A stretch of DNA of 52,556 nt. Source: a virus (taxonomy: Duplodnaviria; Caudoviricetes). A program made the position numbers and the translations under genes. Location of the stretch: the IMG/VR virus record IMGVR_UViG_3300036829_000111, positions 1-52,556 of that record; one strand, written 5' to 3'. The notes under the pieces were generated by a model. That model saw nothing but the letters and a program-made list of their open reading frames with translations, was not told where the DNA came from and made no database searches. Positions 35,316 to 44,167 of the stretch are shown here, piece after piece. Numbering within the stretch: position 1 is the first letter of the stretch; each line of letters begins with the position of its first letter.

Positions 35316-37616
35316 GTGGCCATACAGGCGCCGGAGCGATGGGCACCGGAGCGGCCGTGCCAGATCCCCGGGCACCCCCACGACGACGTCGGAGATGACG
35401 AGCGTCTGCTGCTCACCATGTCGCCGTGGCAGAGGTTCCGGTCATGGATCATGGCCGCGCCCGCTGAGCGGCTGCCCCTGCCCGCGTTCGTGACTGCGTG
35501 GCCCGCCACGGAGATCATGCACGCAGCCGGCGTCCCCGGCACGGTCCCCGCCTGCGCGACATGCGCCGCTACCGCCGCAGCGTGGCTGACCTGGTTCCGG
35601 CACCGGAAGGCATCCCCGCACCCGCGGCTCGCCCCCCTCGAGGCCGCAGGCGTCGCCGCCGCTGCCGGCGGATGGATCACCGCCGCCGACATGTGGGGCC
35701 CGCTCGGCTGGCCCGCCCACCTGCTCACCGGGATCTACCTTGCCGGGTCCGCCGGCGGGTACGCGTGGCTGCGCCGCCATGAGGCTGTCCTCGCCGCCCG
35801 CAAGCGCCGTGAAGACGCCGCTGCCGAGATCGCCGACAGGCGCCACTGGCATGGGGTGCTCCACCGGGCCGGCCTTGGCGGCTGGCACGTGCAGTGGCGC
35901 CGCGACACCAACCTCGGCGAGGAGCGGCTGATCACCACCAGCCCGGAGAACGCGTCCGCCAAGCAGATCGCCGCGAACAGCAGCAGGATCGCGGAGAAGC
36001 TCGAGCACATCCTCGGCCTGCCCTACAACCGGATCGACATCAGCACGACCGGCCAGCCGGGCCAGCTGATCATCGGTATCCGCACCGTGGACGTTTCGTC
36101 GCGGAGCGCCGCCTACCACCCGATGACGATGCCGTGGCCCGAGAGCAGCCCGTCCCCGTTCGCGGACTGGTTCCCGGAGACCGCCAGTATCCGCGACCCG
36201 GCCGTGTGGGGATTCTGCCCCGAGGACAGTTCCCCCCTGGCCGCCCAGCTGCTGAGCGACATCGGCGGCCGGGCCATCGGCGTGTTCGGCATGACCGGCT
36301 CCGGCAAGTCGTCCCTGCTGAACAACCTCCGCGAGTTCGTCACCCGATGCCCCGACGCCCGCATGGTGCAGCTGAACGGCGCGCACATGGGCGACGAGTT
36401 GTCCTGGGAGCCGCTGTCCGCGCTGACGCGATGCGGCCCGGTCGCCACCAACGAGAACGTCCGCAACGACATCGCCGAGATCCTGGAAGCGCTGCGCCTG
36501 CTCGTCACGAACCGGTCAGAGACCCTCGAGAAGACCGGGCATTCCACGTTCCAGCCCACGGAGAAAGATCCGGCCGTCGTCATCTTCATCGACGAGGTCG
36601 ACGAGATCGTCAAGTACGTCCCCGGGGCCGGAGATGCGCTGGATTTCCTCGCCGGCAAGCAGCGGAAATCGGCGGTTGCCCTGGTTCTCGCGACTCAGCG
36701 TGCCGTGATCAAGGCGATCGGCGGCGGTGCCGTGCGGGCGAACCTGAGCGAGGCCCTCGTCGGCAAGGTCGCTCGCGGCTCTGAATCCCGCCACGCGACC
36801 GGGGCGGAGAGCGAGCTGCCGGACATCCGCGAGTACAGCGGCGGGGCGCCCGGCTATTTCCAGACGTTTGACCCGCACTCAAACACCGTCACCGGACGGG
36901 GCCGGGCGTTCCTCCTCGGCGTGCCACCCGAGGAACTGGCCTACGTCAAGCGCCTCGTCGCGGCCCGCAGGCACCTGCGGGACTGGGGCATCCCCGACAT
37001 GCCGGAGATGGACCTGGACGGCGGCGAGGCGGTTGCTGAAGCCGCCGCGGGCGAGACGACGCGGGAAGTCGCCGGCCTGCGCGAACGGCTCGCCGCCGCC
37101 CGCGACAACGCCGCGGCACAGCCCGCGCCTGCAGCGGCCGCCAAGACGCAGCCGCCCGCGCAGGCTCCGACCTTCATCCCGGGGGTTCCGCAGCCTGTCG
37201 TACAGATGATGCTTCGGATGCTCGCCGCCCCGGACGGGGTGACCGCGGCGGCCTTCGGCGATGCCATCGGCAAGTCGAAGACCACGGCGTACGGGTACCT
37301 GAAATCAGCGGAAGACCGCGGAGTCGCCGTTCGCGACGGCAACTCGGTAGCGAGTCGTTACCGGCTCGCGACCCGTCGGCAGCCGGAATCCGTCCGGGAT
37401 CAGTCCGAGACGATGGAACCGGCCCAGACCCGGCCCGAGGGATACGTGACGCTGGAAGACCTCGCCGAAGAGGTACGCGACGGCCGGGTGGATGTCGATG
37501 ACGAGGCCCGCGCCGTATTGATGCAGGCGCTTCAACTCCGCGACCAGGCACCCGCGCGCCCGCATCTGACGGTCGTGCCGGACCCGGACCCGGAACCGGA
37601 AAGTGACGCACTGTGA
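35316..37616 (+). CDS. traB: TraB-like FtsK/SpoIIIE conjugative dsDNA translocase
   Basis: N-terminal TM helices, GMTGSGKSS Walker A, VIFIDEVDE Walker B, LATQRA motif, C-terminal wHTH; GTG start after GGAAGGA. Confidence 0.88.
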   Translation: MAIQAPERWAPERPCQIPGHPHDDVGDDERLLLTMSPWQRFRSWIMAAPAERLPLPAFVTAWPATEIMHAAGVPGTVPACATCAATAAAWLTWFRHRKASPHPRLAPLEAAGVAAAAGGWITAADMWGPLGWPAHLLTGIYLAGSAGGYAWLRRHEAVLAARKRREDAAAEIADRRHWHGVLHRAGLGGWHVQWRRDTNLGEERLITTSPENASAKQIAANSSRIAEKLEHILGLPYNRIDISTTGQPGQLIIGIRTVDVSSRSAAYHPMTMPWPESSPSPFADWFPETASIRDPAVWGFCPEDSSPLAAQLLSDIGGRAIGVFGMTGSGKSSLLNNLREFVTRCPDARMVQLNGAHMGDELSWEPLSALTRCGPVATNENVRNDIAEILEALRLLVTNRSETLEKTGHSTFQPTEKDPAVVIFIDEVDEIVKYVPGAGDALDFLAGKQRKSAVALVLATQRAVIKAIGGGAVRANLSEALVGKVARGSESRHATGAESELPDIREYSGGAPGYFQTFDPHSNTVTGRGRAFLLGVPPEELAYVKRLVAARRHLRDWGIPDMPEMDLDGGEAVAEAAAGETTREVAGLRERLAAARDNAAAQPAPAAAAKTQPPAQAPTFIPGVPQPVVQMMLRMLAAPDGVTAAAFGDAIGKSKTTAYGYLKSAEDRGVAVRDGNSVASRYRLATRRQPESVRDQSETMEPAQTRPEGYVTLEDLAEEVRDGRVDVDDEARAVLMQALQLRDQAPARPHLTVVPDPDPEPESDAL

Positions 37617-37752
37617 CCATGGAAGCGCGGTTGAGGAGGGGACGCGTACGCGACCCCCGGATTGAGTTCGGAAAGGCGTTCGGTTGTCTTGCTGAGCAGG
37701 GGTTTTGAACGGAAACGGAACGACAGTCGAATGGAAAACCGAACGGAAAACC
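37578..37752 (+). repeat. Candidate clt/TRS direct repeats at end of traB
   Basis: GACCCGGA x2 (37581, 37587), several co-oriented CGGAA, tandem GAATGGAAAACC/GAACGGAAAACC (37729-37752). Confidence 0.5.
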
Positions 37753-37756
37753 AGTC

Positions 37757-38476
37757 ATGACCGCTTACGAAGAGTCACCGTATGAGCGCGCCGAGACGCC
37801 AGATGAGGCCACGCGTGGCGATGCCCTGATGATTCCGCTGTCGCGCATGCTCACCGGCAGGCCTCACCCCCCTGTCGTCTACTTCGCCCGCATCGGCAAC
37901 ATCGTCAAGATCGGCACGACCACCAACCTCACGTCGCGCATGCGGTCGATGTATGTGTCGCTTGAAAACGTGCTGGCCGTGGTGCCTGGCGGCAGGGAAG
38001 AGGAGAGCGCCTACCACAAGCGCTTCAAGGCGAGCCGGGTCGAAGACACCCACGGGCGCGAGTTGTTCCACCTTGATCCGCAGTTGCGGCGCTTCCTGCG
38101 CCTCGGCCCAGAAAATCCCCAGGCGGACACGCTCAGGACGAAGGCCCGGCAGATGGGGAGGCGTCGCCCTGGCGCCCCCCAACGCAAGCAGTTTCTTCCC
38201 GTGGACGTGGCAATCCCGGTAGGGCCGTTCGCCGCCAACGATGCGCCCCCGGTGATGCGCGAGGTGCCCTCATATGTCATGGAGGTGCTGTGGCGGCTGC
38301 TCGCCAAGCCGGAAGGCACCACTGCGACCTATGTCGCCGCCGCCATCGGCACGTCCAAGACCGTCGCGTGGGAGTACCTGACCACACTCCGCGACCAGAA
38401 CATGGCAACACTGACCGGTGGCGGCCGAGGGGCGCGGTGGAGACGCACGAAGCCACCCGAGGAGCAAGCATCATGA
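37757..38476 (+). CDS. GIY-YIG (T5orf172/MUG113-like) nuclease domain fused to TraB-like wHTH
   Basis: VVYFARIGNIVKIGTTTNLTSRM...GGREEESAYHKRF...RELF; C-terminus aligns with the TraB wHTH. Confidence 0.82.
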   Translation: MTAYEESPYERAETPDEATRGDALMIPLSRMLTGRPHPPVVYFARIGNIVKIGTTTNLTSRMRSMYVSLENVLAVVPGGREEESAYHKRFKASRVEDTHGRELFHLDPQLRRFLRLGPENPQADTLRTKARQMGRRRPGAPQRKQFLPVDVAIPVGPFAANDAPPVMREVPSYVMEVLWRLLAKPEGTTATYVAAAIGTSKTVAWEYLTTLRDQNMATLTGGGRGARWRRTKPPEEQAS

Positions 38477-40416
38477 GCAGTTACGAGGACACGCTGTACT
38501 CGCGCGCCGAGCTGCTGGATGAGACCAGCGACCTCGCCGCGGAAGCGACGGAAGTGCTTGACGGTGCGGCCGCGACGGGCGTCGACCCGGCCGCCGTCAC
38601 CAGCCTGCGAGCAGCCGTCCGGGCGCTCGACCCCGCAGGCGGCACCCCCTCCTACCAGGAGCACCCCGGCGACAGCTACCACTCCGACATCGAGTTCCTC
38701 GAGGCCATCGTCGATGCCGAGGACCAGGTCCGCGAGCGGCTCCGCGACGCGGACAAGCTCCGGGGCGAGGCCGCCGAGGCGATGGACAAGGCCCAGGATG
38801 ACCTGGGACGATCCCGCCGCGACCTGCAGAACGCCCAGATGGCCCTCGCCGCCGCGATGGCGCTCCCCACCAAGGATCCCTGCAACGGCTGCCACTCCGC
38901 CAAGGCCGCCGCGATCATGCAGGCCGAACAGGAAGTCGCCGACGCCGAGCAGGCCATCGCGGATGCCGAGCGGCGCATCAGCACCCTCGGCGGCGCCCTG
39001 GAGATCCTCGACGAGCTCACCCGCAGGCTCACCGCCGCCATGAAGGCGCTCCGCCGGGTGCCCGCCGACCTGGGCGAGACCTACGAGCTGGTTGCCGAGT
39101 TCATCCGCCGCGGCGGGAAATTGACCCACGACGGCCGCTTCATCACCGGCGAAGGCGACATGCCAGTCGGCGGCCGCCGCCCAAAAGGCCAGGGGCGGCT
39201 GTGGAACGCCCGAAACGATCACCATGACAGGAGCAGCATGAACGGCACGCCGCCGGTCAACGGCACGCAACTGCGCTTCGGGAAACTGCCCATGGTGTGG
39301 CTTCCCGAGTCGCCCGCGCCCGCATCACAGTGGCCGCAGCAGGAAGCGCCGGCCGGACTGCCGGCGGAGGCGGAAAGCCCGGCAGAGCCGAAGCGGCGCT
39401 CGTTCACCCTCAGCCGCGGCCAGAAGACGCTCGCCGTCGCGATCCTCGTCCTGGCGCTCGCCGTCACCCCCGTGTTTTTCCTCGTCATGTTCCTGACCGT
39501 GAACGGGATGCTCGGCCCGTACTTCGACGGCTGGGCGTGGACGGTGCCGGTCGCGACCGAGACGACGTTCCTGCTGCTGTTCCTGCTGGCCGTCTTCATG
39601 GAGTGGGTGCGCAAGCCAAAGAAGCTGCTGTGGGTCGCCCCGCTCCCGTTCGGCGCCATGTCCGTGTTCCTGAACGTGTGGGCCTCGCACGACAGCGTCC
39701 CCGGCATGATGGGCCACCTCGCGGTGACCCTCGCGTTCTTCATCCCGGTGATGTTCGCGAAGTCCGCTGTCCGGTCCCTTCTCGTCACCGACGAGGAGCG
39801 GGCCCGCACCGTCGCGCTGGCCGACGCGCAGGCCCATGCCCGCGACATGCTCCGCTCCGGGCTCGGCATCCGGTGGCGGGCGAAGGCCCCGATGATGCTG
39901 CGCCGCCAGCTTCGCTCCGGACGCCTCCCGGCGCGGGTCCTCGAGGCCGTCAACACCGGCCAAGCGACCGCATGGGAGGACGCCGTGGAGACGTGGATCG
40001 CCGCCGCCGTGACCCTCCCGGAGCGCACCCGCGCGGTACTCGACGCGGCCCGCGCAGAGGCCTCCCGGAGCATGCCCGCAAGCACGCCGGAGACGCCCGC
40101 CGAGCCTGCCCCGGAGCCCGTCCCCGAGCCCGCTCCGGACACGCCCGCAGCCGTGCCTGAAGCACGCCCCCGGGCAAGCGCGAAGCGTGTCTCCAAGCCT
40201 GCCCTGAAGCTCACCGCAGCACGGTCCCGGAGCATGTCCCCGGCCGAGCTCGCCGCGAACGTCGAGGCCATGCTCGACGCCAACGGCGGGACCGTGTCCG
40301 TGAACAAGATCAAGGCCGACCTGAGCGTCGGCACGGACAAGGCCAAGACGGCACTGGAGATCGCCCAGCGGAACCGGGCGCGCGTCATCCCGATAGGGGA
40401 GCGGCGGCAGGCGTAG
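38473..40416 (+). CDS. Coiled-coil domain fused in frame to SpdB2/DUF2637-like 4-TM spread protein with C-terminal HTH
   Basis: Helical N-terminal half; internal RBS+ATG at 39238; four TM segments, PE-rich linker, VSVNKIKADLSVGTDKA HTH. Confidence 0.7.
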   Translation: MSSYEDTLYSRAELLDETSDLAAEATEVLDGAAATGVDPAAVTSLRAAVRALDPAGGTPSYQEHPGDSYHSDIEFLEAIVDAEDQVRERLRDADKLRGEAAEAMDKAQDDLGRSRRDLQNAQMALAAAMALPTKDPCNGCHSAKAAAIMQAEQEVADAEQAIADAERRISTLGGALEILDELTRRLTAAMKALRRVPADLGETYELVAEFIRRGGKLTHDGRFITGEGDMPVGGRRPKGQGRLWNARNDHHDRSSMNGTPPVNGTQLRFGKLPMVWLPESPAPASQWPQQEAPAGLPAEAESPAEPKRRSFTLSRGQKTLAVAILVLALAVTPVFFLVMFLTVNGMLGPYFDGWAWTVPVATETTFLLLFLLAVFMEWVRKPKKLLWVAPLPFGAMSVFLNVWASHDSVPGMMGHLAVTLAFFIPVMFAKSAVRSLLVTDEERARTVALADAQAHARDMLRSGLGIRWRAKAPMMLRRQLRSGRLPARVLEAVNTGQATAWEDAVETWIAAAVTLPERTRAVLDAARAEASRSMPASTPETPAEPAPEPVPEPAPDTPAAVPEARPRASAKRVSKPALKLTAARSRSMSPAELAANVEAMLDANGGTVSVNKIKADLSVGTDKAKTALEIAQRNRARVIPIGERRQA

Positions 40417-40487
40417 CCCGTCCGCGAGACTCCTGGCAAGCCGGGCCGGACACCCAGCCAGTACTCCCGAAGGAGAGCACCCACATT

Positions 40488-40640
40488 ATGTTCAACGCGC
40501 TTGTCATCGTGGCCATCGGCTTGTTCGTCGCGGTCTACGGCGCCGACCTCATCGCACCTGGCAACAGCGCGGTCCAGGTCGCGATCTTCGTCGTGTTCAA
40601 CGTCGGCGCCTACCTGGTCGTGCGTCGCCGCGACGCCTAG
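40488..40640 (+). CDS. Small 2-TM membrane protein
   Basis: Manual ORF MFNALVIVAIGLFVAVYG...; AAGGAG RBS. Confidence 0.65.
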   Translation: MFNALVIVAIGLFVAVYGADLIAPGNSAVQVAIFVVFNVGAYLVVRRRDA

Positions 40641-40755
40641 TCCTGACGGCCCCGAGGGCGCACGGCATCCGCGAGGGGACCGCGCGCCCGGCCGGGCACT
40701 CAGGCCGCCCGCCAACATCGTCGACAGCAACAACACCACGGAGGAGTAACCGATC

Positions 40756-41052
40756 ATGACCGACACCACCCAAGAGGCCACCCCGTCGGCTGACACCCGG
40801 GAGGGTGGCTACGCCTACCACTGGATCATCACCCTCCAGTACCGCAACAAGCACGGGCTGGCGGCAGCAACCCAAGACGGCACCCTCGGTACCACCTACA
40901 CCACGCGGGGCGACGCGCTCAAGGCCGTAATTGGCAGCGTGAAAAAGGCGCTCAGGATCGCCGCAGACGCCCAAGTCGTCATCCTGTTCTTCGCCCTGGA
41001 GCCGAACCGGTTGCCCGCTCCGGTTCAGGTCGCGTCCAGCGACGGCGACTAA
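40756..41052 (+). CDS. Hypothetical protein
   Basis: GGAGGAG RBS; YHWIITLQ...ILFFALEPN. Confidence 0.75.
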   Translation: MTDTTQEATPSADTREGGYAYHWIITLQYRNKHGLAAATQDGTLGTTYTTRGDALKAVIGSVKKALRIAADAQVVILFFALEPNRLPAPVQVASSDGD

Positions 41053-41167
41053 GCCCCGCGCCTGCGACCGGAAGGTCGCCTGCAAGACCCCGCTTTCGCG
41101 TTTAGGGCACCGACATCGTTTCCCCGTCTCGTTCGCATCATCCGCCCCGGTGCCCGATGATGATGCC

Positions 41168-41992
41168 ATGTCCCCTCGTGTCCCTTTCCCGTCCGGGTCT
41201 GACGGCGACCGCCCGTGTTCACAGGGAACCTGGTGCGCCTCCGCCATGACGAGCATCGAAGGCGAGCGCATCCCCGCCTACGGCCCGCGCGCCTTTTGCC
41301 CGGCCGACCGCGGCCGGATCGAGACGGCGCTCGCCGAACTGCCCGGGCAGTACGTGCACCTCGCCGCCGAGCTCGGCCAGCCCGCGCAGGGCAGCAGTAC
41401 GACCAGGTCGCCGTTCGGCCCGAAGATCCCGCTCCGCACCGGCATAGACGCCCTCATGCGGCTGTACAGCGAGGTGCTCACCTCGTGGCATGAGCGAGTC
41501 GCCGTGATCGCCCGGCTCACGCCGCCGCCGGATCACGTCCGCCCCGGCGTCGCCATCGCCCGCGCCGTCGACGTCCTCACGCCCCGCCTCGATGCCCTGC
41601 TCGCGCTGGAGCCGGAGCCGATGCGCCGCGCCGTCTCCCACCGGGAGCTGGAACTCCTCGGCGACGTCGACGGGATCGTCCGCCCCGGCTACGCCGCGAT
41701 CACCCCCGACCTCGACGGCGGAGACGCGGGCCTGGAGATCCTCGCCCTGCACCGCCGGTCCCGCGCGGTACTGGGGGAGACGCGCGAACGGCCCGTCGAG
41801 CTGCTCGGCGTGCCGTGCCGCGTCGAGGACTGCGACATGCTCGCGCTGCGCCGCGCCGAACTGCCGTCCGATCCGGACGAGGACCCGCCGTGGTCGGTAT
41901 GCGAATTTTGCGGAGATGTGATGAGCGAGGAGGAGTACCGCGAGTGGACGAAGCGGTACGCGAGGTGGGCGCGAGGACAGGAGGCGTCGTGA
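41168..41992 (+). CDS. Conserved actinophage protein with C-terminal Zn ribbon (possible late-gene regulator)
   Basis: N-terminal Cys motifs and PCRVEDC...VCEFCG; positioned before late genes; start uncertain. Confidence 0.7.
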   Translation: MSPRVPFPSGSDGDRPCSQGTWCASAMTSIEGERIPAYGPRAFCPADRGRIETALAELPGQYVHLAAELGQPAQGSSTTRSPFGPKIPLRTGIDALMRLYSEVLTSWHERVAVIARLTPPPDHVRPGVAIARAVDVLTPRLDALLALEPEPMRRAVSHRELELLGDVDGIVRPGYAAITPDLDGGDAGLEILALHRRSRAVLGETRERPVELLGVPCRVEDCDMLALRRAELPSDPDEDPPWSVCEFCGDVMSEEEYREWTKRYARWARGQEAS

Positions 41993-42198
41993 GACTTCCC
42001 GGGCAGTTCCGCCCCCGCCATACCTGCGAATGCCGCGACTGCGGCTCTCAGGGCAGCACGAGGCGCTGGCGCAAGCGGGTTGAACAGCGCGAGGTGCTCA
42101 CCGAGATTCAGGAAGCCATGTCCGAGCTCGGCCCCGACGCCGCGACACGCGCGGACATCGTCGCCAAGTGTGCTTGCTCGCAGGCCGAAATGCTGTAA
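41989..42198 (+). CDS. Small hypothetical protein
   Basis: GTGA overlap; CECRDC. Confidence 0.5.
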   Translation: MRLPGQFRPRHTCECRDCGSQGSTRRWRKRVEQREVLTEIQEAMSELGPDAATRADIVAKCACSQAEML

Positions 42199-42274
42199 CG
42201 TGGAGTCACCTGGAACAGTTGTCCCCTGGGAGCCTTGCGCACCCAGGGGATTTCGCGTATTTAGGGCGGTGGCC

Positions 42275-42526
42275 ATGTTCATCACCCGCGCGGATGGTTT
42301 CATCACCACCGAGCAGGCCGCCGAAATGGTCGGCAAGAAGCCCGGGACGATCCGTCAGTGGAAGTTCCGCGGCCATCTCGCCCCGGTCGGCCTGGACGAG
42401 CAGGGCAAGCCGCTCTACCGTCCCGCCGACGTGGGCCGCGCCGAGAAGACAGTCCGCGACAACGCCCTCCGCACTAACGGCACAGACCCTAGGCAGATGC
42501 GCGCGACGCTTCCCGAGGCGGCTTAG
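42275..42526 (+). CDS. MerR-like HTH DNA-binding protein
   Basis: ITTEQAAEMVGKKPGTIRQWKFRGHL...PLYRPADV. Confidence 0.85.
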   Translation: MFITRADGFITTEQAAEMVGKKPGTIRQWKFRGHLAPVGLDEQGKPLYRPADVGRAEKTVRDNALRTNGTDPRQMRATLPEAA

Positions 42527-42542
42527 ATCATGCCTTCGGAAA

Positions 42543-42551
42543 TGGTAGACT
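42543..42551 (+). promoter_or_regulatory. Putative late promoter (extended -10)
   Basis: TGGTAGACT in a low-GC intergenic stretch upstream of the late block. Confidence 0.45.
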
Positions 42552-42759
42552 GAACTGGGATTTCACCCATTCACCTGCCGCTTTCTCCCGATCGGTCGTC
42601 TCGTGCTGCATGCCCTCGCCATTGCTTCCGTCCTGCTCGCCGGCCCCGGCTGGCTCGGCATCGCCCTCGCCATCCGCGACGCCGCTGCCCGCGACGCTGA
42701 GCAGGCCATCCCTGAGCGCGATACGGCACGCGACATGAGGCTCGCAGCCTGACCGGGAG

Positions 42760-43101
42760 GTGTCCGTGACCGCTGCGCCCGCGCGCAAGCACCCGCGCAC
42801 GGTCCTCGCCATCACAGCCGCAGCCTGGACCCTCCTGTGGGTGACGCTCGGCTCCCTGTCCGACTGGGGCGCCTACTGGATCACATGGAGCGCGGCCGGC
42901 TTCTTGATCCCCGAGCTGTACGGCCTCGCGACCAACACCGCGGACACCCTGTCCCGCAACACGTGGGCGCTTGAGCACCTGGACTTCGGGCATCCGCTGG
43001 ACTTCGCCGAGTGGACGCCGCTGCACTATGCGATCGCGGTAGTCGTGTGGCTGCTGTTCCTGTGGCTGAGCGTACATATCCCGTTCGGCTGGCTGCGTTA
43101 G
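42760..43101 (+). CDS. Trp-rich membrane protein (about 3 TMs)
   Basis: Hydrophobic segments; GGGAGG RBS. Confidence 0.7.
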   Translation: MSVTAAPARKHPRTVLAITAAAWTLLWVTLGSLSDWGAYWITWSAAGFLIPELYGLATNTADTLSRNTWALEHLDFGHPLDFAEWTPLHYAIAVVVWLLFLWLSVHIPFGWLR

Positions 43102-43110
43102 ACTCGCCGC

Positions 43111-43422
43111 GTGACCGCCGAACTCGCCACCTGCGACGGCTCGCCGCCACCGCAGGGCCTTCCGCGCGGCGAGTGCATCATGACGAGCCTCGATGACGGA
43201 ACGATCCGCATCGACCACGCCGACCCGCGCATCCTCATCAGCGCCGAGGTGCTCGACGCCATCGTCGACGAGCGGCCGCCGCAAGCATCGCTTGACCTAG
43301 CCGGATGCACGACCTACGACGGCGCGGTACTGCGAATACACGGCGTCAACCGGACCATGGTCTACCGGATCACCGAATACGTCCCGTCCGTCCGCGGCTA
43401 CATCGCCGAATGGCCGGACTGA
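43111..43422 (+). CDS. Hypothetical protein
   Basis: Packed ORF, beta-rich. Confidence 0.7.
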   Translation: MTAELATCDGSPPPQGLPRGECIMTSLDDGTIRIDHADPRILISAEVLDAIVDERPPQASLDLAGCTTYDGAVLRIHGVNRTMVYRITEYVPSVRGYIAEWPD

Positions 43423-43434
43423 AGGAGCCAGCCC

Positions 43435-43614
43435 GTGCACGCTGACGGCCCGTACGAATACGACGTGGCCGACACCGGCAGGCTCACCAGCGACGAACGC
43501 AAGGCCCTGCTGAACCGCTTCGCCGCCGAAGGCTGGCAGCTGGACCACGTCGACGGCGTCCGCTACATCTTCAAGCGGCCGAAGCGTGACGCCACCACTC
43601 CGCGCGAACGGTGA
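43435..43614 (+). CDS. DUF4177-like small protein
   Basis: Manual ORF: YEY...LLNRFAAEGWQL...YIFKRP; AAGGAG RBS. Confidence 0.65.
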   Translation: MHADGPYEYDVADTGRLTSDERKALLNRFAAEGWQLDHVDGVRYIFKRPKRDATTPRER

Positions 43615-43618
43615 ACCC

Positions 43619-43906
43619 ATGGCCCTGCGTCCGTGTACAGGCTGCGGTCGGCTAGTCCGCGGATCACGGTGTGCCGACTGCCGAGGCAGTACGGCCAGCC
43701 GCGGCTACGGTGCCAGCCACCAGGCTGAGCGTGCCAACTGGCAGCCAGTCATCGACTCAGGCCAAGGCTGGTGCAACGCTGAGCGGTGCCTTGAGTCCTC
43801 GCGCCAGATCCTTCCAGGTGCTGATTGGGACCTCGGGCACTTGCCTGATCGTTCCGGCTGGTCAGGACCCGAGCACCGCCACTGCAACAGGGCGACGCGC
43901 CGCTGA
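43619..43906 (+). CDS. Packaging-associated HNH-like endonuclease
   Basis: PCTGCG...CADC...RGYGASH...WDLGH...GPEHRHCNRA, directly before terS. Confidence 0.85.
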   Translation: MALRPCTGCGRLVRGSRCADCRGSTASRGYGASHQAERANWQPVIDSGQGWCNAERCLESSRQILPGADWDLGHLPDRSGWSGPEHRHCNRATRR

Positions 43907-44167
43907 TCTCTCCGGTATCCCGGCTGCCGCCATCACGGAGACGCCACACCGCAGCGCGAGCCGGAAACCAAGCGGCAGTCACAGAACGTGACCAACCACT
44001 CAAATCGGTCGGGCCGCGACGGCGAACGATAGGGGGGGAGGGTACCGACGGCGGCCGGATGGCCTCCCTGACCCGCCGCACGCTTCTCGCAAAATGTACG
44101 GTTCACGCGATTCCGGAGGGTGGCCATCCGTCACCCTCCGCGCCATACCCCCTGACCGCATAGGGAG
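43907..44167. other. Probable cos/packaging-site region
   Basis: Non-coding gap between HNH and terS with G-run AGGGGGGGAGGG (44031-44042); call is by position only. Confidence 0.5.

Larger units (their letters stand above)
32378..40640 (+). mobile_element. Actinomycete plasmid/AICE-type tra-spd conjugation module embedded in phage genome
   Basis: Co-oriented small membrane proteins, two wall hydrolases, TraA-like, TraB and SpdB2-like genes. Confidence 0.78.

Noticed and set aside
40081-40160. CCCGAG/CCGGAG repeats in the SpdB2-like gene as clt
   Set aside because: Explained by a Pro-Glu linker (PEPVPEPAP); weaker candidate than the array at the end of traB.
42760-43101. Holin
   Set aside because: Membrane protein, but no adjacent endolysin and no recognisable holin signature.
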